Below are positions 23,999 through 29,516 of a DNA stretch of 29,516 nucleotides, one piece after another. This DNA comes from a virus (Duplodnaviria; Caudoviricetes). Position 1 is the first letter of the stretch; each line of letters begins with the position of its first letter. The stretch covers positions 1-29,516 of the IMG/VR virus record IMGVR_UViG_3300011335_000240. One strand, given 5' to 3'. Both the position numbers and the translations under genes were made by a program. The notes beneath the pieces are model-generated. The model had not been told where the DNA came from. It made no database searches and worked only from the letters and a program-made list of their open reading frames with translations.

Positions 23999-24214
23999 AT
24001 GAGACAAGGACAATTTATGGTTTATAGTCAAGGTAAGCCCCGAGAAGAATTTGATATAATCAACACAGAAGATTATAAGTTAAAAGTTAAAAAGTCTTGG
24101 GTAGAAGCCACAAGTGTATGGCACATACAAATACAAAGTCAAAGTATATTTGACAATAGGTTCGAAATGTTTCTAACACACGAACAATTACGAGCATTAA
24201 AGGATAGTTTATAA
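23999..24214 (+). CDS. Hypothetical protein, 71 aa
   Basis: GAGG RBS; TAATG coupling to the TerS gene. Confidence 0.7.
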   Translation: MRQGQFMVYSQGKPREEFDIINTEDYKLKVKKSWVEATSVWHIQIQSQSIFDNRFEMFLTHEQLRALKDSL

Positions 24215-24627
24215 TGGCAGTCAAAGAAGGCACTAAGATAGTTACAGGACTAATTGTTGGTAGAAACAAAGTAGTAGTGCCTCCTCAAGAAGTTGAAGAT
24301 CTAGCCAGTATCGGTTGCACTGACAGAGATATTGCTAACTGGTTTGGCATAGATGAAAACACACTTAGATATAGTTTTAGCGATAATCTCATAAAAGGGC
24401 GAGAGGATTTGAAAATCTCATTACGCAGAGCTATGTTGAAAAATGCCTGTGTCAATTTGAATGCCGCAGTTCAAATCTTCTTAGCAAAGAATATGCTGGG
24501 AATGAGCGACAATGGTATGGTCAATGATGGTAGTAAAGTATTGCCATTCACAGATGATGAAGATGATAAACCCTCAAAAGAACAGTTGGATGATCTTCGT
24601 GAAGAATACGCCGAGATTAAAGAATAA
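24214..24627 (+). CDS. terS: Terminase small subunit
   Basis: HTH (LASIGCTDRDIANWFGIDENTL), SLRRAM and AVQIFLAKNMLGMSD motifs; upstream of TerL. Confidence 0.8.
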   Translation: MAVKEGTKIVTGLIVGRNKVVVPPQEVEDLASIGCTDRDIANWFGIDENTLRYSFSDNLIKGREDLKISLRRAMLKNACVNLNAAVQIFLAKNMLGMSDNGMVNDGSKVLPFTDDEDDKPSKEQLDDLREEYAEIKE

Positions 24628-25409
24628 TGTTTCCTTACATTGGTGGTAAAGCACATCATATTAAACACTTAGATAAATTGTTTCCAATAACTATGACTAC
24701 ATTTGTAGATGTATTTGGCGGAGCAGGTTGGGTCAGTGTTAAAAGCGATCTAGCACAACGAGCACAACAGAATGTGTATAATGATTACAATCCACATCTA
24801 GCCAATATCTTTACGCAGTTTAGTATAGATCCAGAACAGGTAAAAAATCAAATCAATGTTTGGCCACAGCAGGATAAACAGTTATATAGACAGTTTCAAC
24901 AAGACATATTTGGTGATACAAAGCCAACATTAAACTTAGAAACAGCCGCCAAGTATCTATACTTAGAAGTACAAAGTTTCAGTGGCAACACATTAGGGCT
25001 TAACAGTAGTGTGTATTTTGATAAGATACATACAATCAATCCCTTGTTAAAGAAACTCAGCAATGCTAAGATAATAAGCAGATTAAAGAAATTAACTGTA
25101 GAGAACTTAAACTGCTTAGATGTCATAAAGAAATATGATAGTCCTGACACATTCTTTTATGTAGATCCTCCCTACTATGAAAAAGAACATTACTATACAC
25201 AGGCATTTGGTCAAGAACAACATCAACAACTTGCTGAATGTCTAAACAATATTCAAGGCAAGTTTGCACTAAGTTACTATGACTTTGATGAATTAAATAC
25301 TTGGTTTCCAGAATCAAAGTTTAATAGAACAACTTATAGTATCAGCAAACAAAACAGTAGTAGAACAAATAAACAACGAGGCATTGAACTCGTTATAAGG
25401 AATTACTAA
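24627..25409 (+). CDS. dam: DNA adenine methyltransferase (Dam / D12 family)
   Basis: FPYIGGK, FVDVFGGAG, VYND, TFFYVDPPYY, GKFALSY and ELVIRNY motifs. Confidence 0.92.
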   Translation: MFPYIGGKAHHIKHLDKLFPITMTTFVDVFGGAGWVSVKSDLAQRAQQNVYNDYNPHLANIFTQFSIDPEQVKNQINVWPQQDKQLYRQFQQDIFGDTKPTLNLETAAKYLYLEVQSFSGNTLGLNSSVYFDKIHTINPLLKKLSNAKIISRLKKLTVENLNCLDVIKKYDSPDTFFYVDPPYYEKEHYYTQAFGQEQHQQLAECLNNIQGKFALSYYDFDELNTWFPESKFNRTTYSISKQNSSRTNKQRGIELVIRNY

Positions 25410-26638
25410 TGCCACTGAGTAAAGCACAGCGTATGATCGCGGATGCTCCATTTAGATTCCGTGTTGCAGTATGTGGTCGCCGCTTTGGTAAGACACACCT
25501 AGCAATCCGTGAATTAGCAAAATATGCCAGACAACCAGACCAGCGTGTTTGGTATGTCGCTCCAACTTACCGTATGGCGAAACAGATTGTATGGAAGAAG
25601 TTAAAGAAAAAACTTCTCAGTATCAATTGGGTAAAAAAAGTAAATGAGCAAGATCTCACCTTGGAGTTAGTAAATGGATCAGAGATATCACTAAGAGGTG
25701 CTGATAACTATGATAGTCTGCGTGGAGTTGGATTAAACTTTATTGTCATAGATGAAGCCGCAGACATTGACAGTGAAGCGTGGTATGAAGTATTAAGACC
25801 TACATTAGCAGACACTGGAGGACACGCATTGTTCCTAGGCACACCAAAAGGTATGAATTGGTTCAAAGAAATCTATGATTACCATACAACAAGAACAAAC
25901 TGGATGAGCTTTCAATTTACAACCTTGGATGGTGGCAATGTTCCTGAAGATGAAGTAGCACAGGCCAGAGAAGACTTAGATGCTAGAACATTCAGTCAAG
26001 AGTTTATGGCAACATTTGAGAACTTCTCAGGCATTATTGCTTATGCTTTTGGTCAGCATAATATTCAAAGTGCTGATGCTGTAAATCCTAATGAACCATT
26101 GATCCTAGGCACTGACTTCAATGTAAGCCCAATGAGTTGCACAGTTATGCGAAGAACACGAGATGGATTACATTGTGTAGATGAGATTGTGTTATATAGT
26201 AGTAATACTAATGAACTAATAGATGAGATTAGAAATAGATATCCAAAGAATCCTATTACTATCTTTCCGGATCCTGCCGGAGTTCAGCGTAAGACAAGTG
26301 CTAATGGCAACACTGACATTAAGATACTAGAAAACGCAGGATTCACTGTGCGTTATCATAGACAACATCCTTTGGTCAAAGATAGAATAAACTCTGCTAA
26401 TAGTTTATTCTTTCAGCGTGATGATAAATCAACAAGGTTCTATATAGATCCAAAATGTAAGCATACAATAAAAAGCCTACAGCAATTCTGTTATAAAGAA
26501 GATACACAGATACCAGATAAGGACAGTGGATTTGACCATATGTTTGACGCACTAACATATGCTATTCAATTCCTATTTCCTATCAATAAAGAAGTTGAAA
26601 GAGTTGCTCCGAGAGCATTCGGTCATCAACTCGCATAA
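25409..26638 (+). CDS. terL: Terminase large subunit
   Basis: Walker A GRRFGKT, YVAPT, Walker B IVIDEAA, GTPKG; nuclease motifs GTDFN and DHMFDALTY. Confidence 0.95.
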   Translation: MPLSKAQRMIADAPFRFRVAVCGRRFGKTHLAIRELAKYARQPDQRVWYVAPTYRMAKQIVWKKLKKKLLSINWVKKVNEQDLTLELVNGSEISLRGADNYDSLRGVGLNFIVIDEAADIDSEAWYEVLRPTLADTGGHALFLGTPKGMNWFKEIYDYHTTRTNWMSFQFTTLDGGNVPEDEVAQAREDLDARTFSQEFMATFENFSGIIAYAFGQHNIQSADAVNPNEPLILGTDFNVSPMSCTVMRRTRDGLHCVDEIVLYSSNTNELIDEIRNRYPKNPITIFPDPAGVQRKTSANGNTDIKILENAGFTVRYHRQHPLVKDRINSANSLFFQRDDKSTRFYIDPKCKHTIKSLQQFCYKEDTQIPDKDSGFDHMFDALTYAIQFLFPINKEVERVAPRAFGHQLA

Positions 26639-26664
26639 ATACATTACTAATATTGGAGTCATAA

Positions 26665-28242
26665 ATGGCTGAGTTACAAACATTTCAAAATGCTTATCTA
26701 CAAGCAACAAGTGGAAACACAACCTACAGTCGTAATCAACTACGCTGGAAGTTCTTGCTTGATTCATTTACAGGCGGACAGGCCTATCGTGAAGGAGCAT
26801 ACCTACAGCGTTATGCCTTAGAAAATGACACACAATACGCTGTTAGATTAAACAATACACCCTTAGATAATCAATGTCGTAGTTTAATTAGTTTATACAC
26901 AAGTTTCTTGTTTAGAACAGAACCCAAGCGTGAGTTTGGTAGTTTAGAAAATAACTACACCATAGAAGATATTCTAGAAGATGCTGACTTAGATGGACGC
27001 AGTATGGATGCGTTTATGAAAGATGTAGCACAATGGTCAAGTGTATTTGGACATATGTGGATCTGCGTGGCCAAGCCTGATGTTGGTGCAGTTACCTTGG
27101 CAGATGAACAAGCAATGAATGCCAGACCTTATCTAAGTATGTATAATCCATTAGCAGTCACAGATTGGCGTTGGGCTAGACAACCTAATGGTGGTTATCA
27201 ATTAGAATATATCAAGTATGTTGAAGAAGTCAATGGCACAGAAACTGTTGTTAAAGAATGGACCTATGACACTATTACAACTTATAACTTAGACACACAA
27301 CAAGAGCGTGTCACAGATATGATGGTAGAAACAAATGGTCTAGGTTATCTACCATTTGTCTGTGCTTACGCTGAACGCAGTCCTGTGCGTGGATTGGGCA
27401 ACAGTTTGATTGACGACATTGCTGATCAACAACGAATGATCTACAATGAATTATCAGAAGTATATGACAGTATTCGTCTTGACACACATCCTAGTTTAGT
27501 AGCCACAGCAGGCACAAACGCACAAGGTGCGGCTGCTGGACAGGTCATAACAATGGAAGAGAATCTTGATCCAAACTTGAAGCCATATGTCTTACAGTTT
27601 GAAGGCGGACAGATTGATAAGATTTACAACAGTATTAACAATCGTAAAAAGATGATTGACTCAATGGGTAATGTTGGTGCAGTAAGATCAACAGAAACTC
27701 GTGAGATGTCAGGCATTGCCATTGAAACAGAATTCCAATTACTAAACGCAAGACTATCAAGCATTGCTGATAACTTAGAACTTGCTGAAGAACAAGTATG
27801 GCAGATTATCTACACCTATATGGGTTCAACTTGGGATGGTGAAATAGATTATCCTAGTAACTTTGCGTTAAAGAACACAGATCACGAACTTGGTCACTTA
27901 AAAACAGCATCAGAGATTGTTCAAGATCCTGTCAAGCGTTTGTTAATCGAAAACGCTGTTATGGATACTATTGACATTGAAATGCCAGAGCACGAATTAC
28001 TAGAAGAACAAGCAGAACAACAAGGCGTTCCTGAACCAGATGAAGATGAGATAACAAGAACTTATCCTGATGGCACACCAATTAGTCCAGATTTACCTCA
28101 AGCATATGAACCTGCAACTGGCAGTGAAAACTGTAAGAACTGTGGATACTATGTAGAAGGATTATGTACAAGATGGAACAACGCACCTGTTAAAGCCATA
28201 TGGTGGTGTGCTGCCTGGGCTCCACAAGCAAATATTGAATAA
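26665..28242 (+). CDS. Portal protein (SPP1 gp6-like) with a C-terminal Cys-rich domain
   Basis: 525 aa after TerL; NGLGYLPFV and SGIAIETEFQLLNARL motifs; TAAATA at 26636-26641. Confidence 0.88.
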   Translation: MAELQTFQNAYLQATSGNTTYSRNQLRWKFLLDSFTGGQAYREGAYLQRYALENDTQYAVRLNNTPLDNQCRSLISLYTSFLFRTEPKREFGSLENNYTIEDILEDADLDGRSMDAFMKDVAQWSSVFGHMWICVAKPDVGAVTLADEQAMNARPYLSMYNPLAVTDWRWARQPNGGYQLEYIKYVEEVNGTETVVKEWTYDTITTYNLDTQQERVTDMMVETNGLGYLPFVCAYAERSPVRGLGNSLIDDIADQQRMIYNELSEVYDSIRLDTHPSLVATAGTNAQGAAAGQVITMEENLDPNLKPYVLQFEGGQIDKIYNSINNRKKMIDSMGNVGAVRSTETREMSGIAIETEFQLLNARLSSIADNLELAEEQVWQIIYTYMGSTWDGEIDYPSNFALKNTDHELGHLKTASEIVQDPVKRLLIENAVMDTIDIEMPEHELLEEQAEQQGVPEPDEDEITRTYPDGTPISPDLPQAYEPATGSENCKNCGYYVEGLCTRWNNAPVKAIWWCAAWAPQANIE

Positions 28243-28247
28243 ATTTA

Positions 28248-28277
28248 TATAAATACAATACGGCAGAATTATCTGCT
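28248..28277 (+). promoter_or_regulatory. T4-type late promoter TATAAATA plus a 5' hairpin, driving the scaffold-capsid operon
   Basis: TATAAATA at 28248-28255; GGCAGA-atta-TCTGCT at 28262-28277. Confidence 0.7.
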
Positions 28278-28310
28278 AAAACATTAACTCTTAAAGAGGC
28301 GAGGACTACG

Positions 28311-28982
28311 ATGACCCAACAAGAAACATCGGCTACAGAGCATACTGATAACTCTCAAAATGATCAGGCAACAGAAAAAACTTTTACGCAAGCAGAAGTA
28401 AATGCTATTCTAGCAAAGACCAAAAGTCAGTTAGAAAAGAAATATACCAGCAAGTATGAAGAACTTGGTGATCCAGATCAACTGAGACAGATTGTTTCAG
28501 AACATCAAAAGATTCAACAAGAACAACAACTCAAGCGTGGAGAGTTTGATCGTGTTATTCAAGAATTAGCAGCCAAGAAGGATGCAGAAATTCAAAAAAG
28601 GGATAGAGTAATAGAAAGTTTCAAAGTAGAAACTCCTATTGTAGATGCGGCAGCTCGTTATCGTGCTGTTAATCCAGATCAAGTTAAAGCATTGATTCGT
28701 AATCAAGTTAGACTTAGTCCGGAAGGTGAAGTTGAAGTATTAGATGAAAAAGGTGGTGTTCGCTACGATGACAGTGGAAGACCAGTAAGTGTGGATAGTT
28801 TTGTTCAGTCGTGGCTGCAAAATAATCCTCATTTCGTGTCAGCAGCACCTGCAACAACTAATACAAAAAGCAATGTCACTGGCAACGCTACAAAGAAAGT
28901 TGATATAACAAAACTTGATATGAAACGACCCGAAGACAGAAAAATCTACGCAGAATATAGAAAAACTGCGGGATTAGCCTAA
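28311..28982 (+). CDS. Capsid scaffolding protein
   Basis: KTFTQAEVNAIL motif, coiled coil and NPHFV motif; lies between the portal and capsid genes. Confidence 0.85.
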   Translation: MTQQETSATEHTDNSQNDQATEKTFTQAEVNAILAKTKSQLEKKYTSKYEELGDPDQLRQIVSEHQKIQQEQQLKRGEFDRVIQELAAKKDAEIQKRDRVIESFKVETPIVDAAARYRAVNPDQVKALIRNQVRLSPEGEVEVLDEKGGVRYDDSGRPVSVDSFVQSWLQNNPHFVSAAPATTNTKSNVTGNATKKVDITKLDMKRPEDRKIYAEYRKTAGLA

Positions 28983-29006
28983 AATTCATTTAAGGAGAAT
29001 TATATT

Positions 29007-29516
29007 ATGGCCGGTTCAACAACCACAACCCTAAACGACTTGCTACCAGAGATCATCCAAGAAGCGATGTTCGTAGCCAGCGAGAGATCCATTATGCGTG
29101 GTCTCGTAAAGAATTATACTTTGTCTGCTGGACCAGGTAAGAATGTAACTGTTCCAATTTATCCAACACAGTCAGCCGCCGCTGTTACTGAAGGTGATGA
29201 AGTTGGTAACACAGCAGTAAGCACAAACACAGCACAATTAGTTGTTAGCCCAGTTGCTATCCGAACATTGCTCACAGACTTGGCCCGTGTATCAGCCGCA
29301 AGTAATGTTGTTGCTGACTTAGGTCGCTTGTTTGGTGAAGCCATTGCTCGTAAAATGGACCAAGACTTAACAGCAAAGTTCAGCCAATTCAACGCTGGCT
29401 TTGGTGACTTCAGTGGTCACATCACAGCCGCTCCAATCTTCCAAGCAGTTGCTAACTTGAAAGCTGCCGCTGTTCCAACAGAAGGTATGGTCTGCGTATT
29501 GCCTCCAGAACTCGCT
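29007..29516 (+). CDS. Major capsid protein, N-terminal part (runs off the window end and continues at base 1)
   Basis: AAGGAG RBS; MAGSTTTTLNDLLPEIIQEAMFVASERSIMRGLV…VTVPIYP…VTEG. Confidence 0.9.
   Translation, partial: MAGSTTTTLNDLLPEIIQEAMFVASERSIMRGLVKNYTLSAGPGKNVTVPIYPTQSAAAVTEGDEVGNTAVSTNTAQLVVSPVAIRTLLTDLARVSAASNVVADLGRLFGEAIARKMDQDLTAKFSQFNAGFGDFSGHITAAPIFQAVANLKAAAVPTEGMVCVLPPELA
29343..29516. repeat. Terminal overlap, copy 2
   Basis: Matches 1-174 with 5 substitutions, all to C. Confidence 0.95.

Noticed and set aside
23994-23999. TAAATA as a late promoter
   Set aside because: It sits between the RBS and the start codon it overlaps, so it could not yield an mRNA for that gene; probably incidental.
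29420-29511. Five substitutions between the terminal copies (four A>C, one T>C), superficially like DGR adenine mutagenesis or a second capsid allele
   Set aside because: All change to C, all are non-synonymous (one breaks the LHP motif) and all lie in the last 100 nt. No reverse transcriptase is present. Low-quality read-end errors in an assembly overlap fit best.
1-29516. Alternative genetic code
   Set aside because: Long genes are intact and tightly packed under the standard bacterial code, with TAA, TGA and TAG all acting as stops.

Overview
The window is a complete, circularly permuted genome of a small tailed phage, about 29,342 bp. Bases 1-174 recur at 29343-29516, and the break falls inside the major capsid gene. 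Every credible gene is on the + strand. It encodes a full siphovirus-type morphogenesis set: TerS, TerL, portal, scaffold, capsid, neck, tail tube, a lambda-type G/GT frameshifted chaperone, tape measure, tail tip and large fibres. It also has two adenine methyltransferases and a few small unknown genes. I cannot recognise any DNA polymerase, primase, helicase, SSB, integrase, repressor, sigma factor or endolysin. The hexamer TAAATA (three times as the full T4 late-promoter consensus TATAAATA) sits at most transcription-unit boundaries, while clear sigma70 promoters occur only in a small control region near 20.2-20.8 kb. That region also holds two structured small-RNA candidates, one antisense to leaders and ribosome-binding sites of nearby genes. 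A 530-bp structured non-coding stretch (21766-22298) looks like an RNA-primed origin. My main hypothesis, which is inference, is a virophage-like satellite phage: it builds its own virion but borrows late transcription, and probably replication and lysis, from a large T4-like helper phage.
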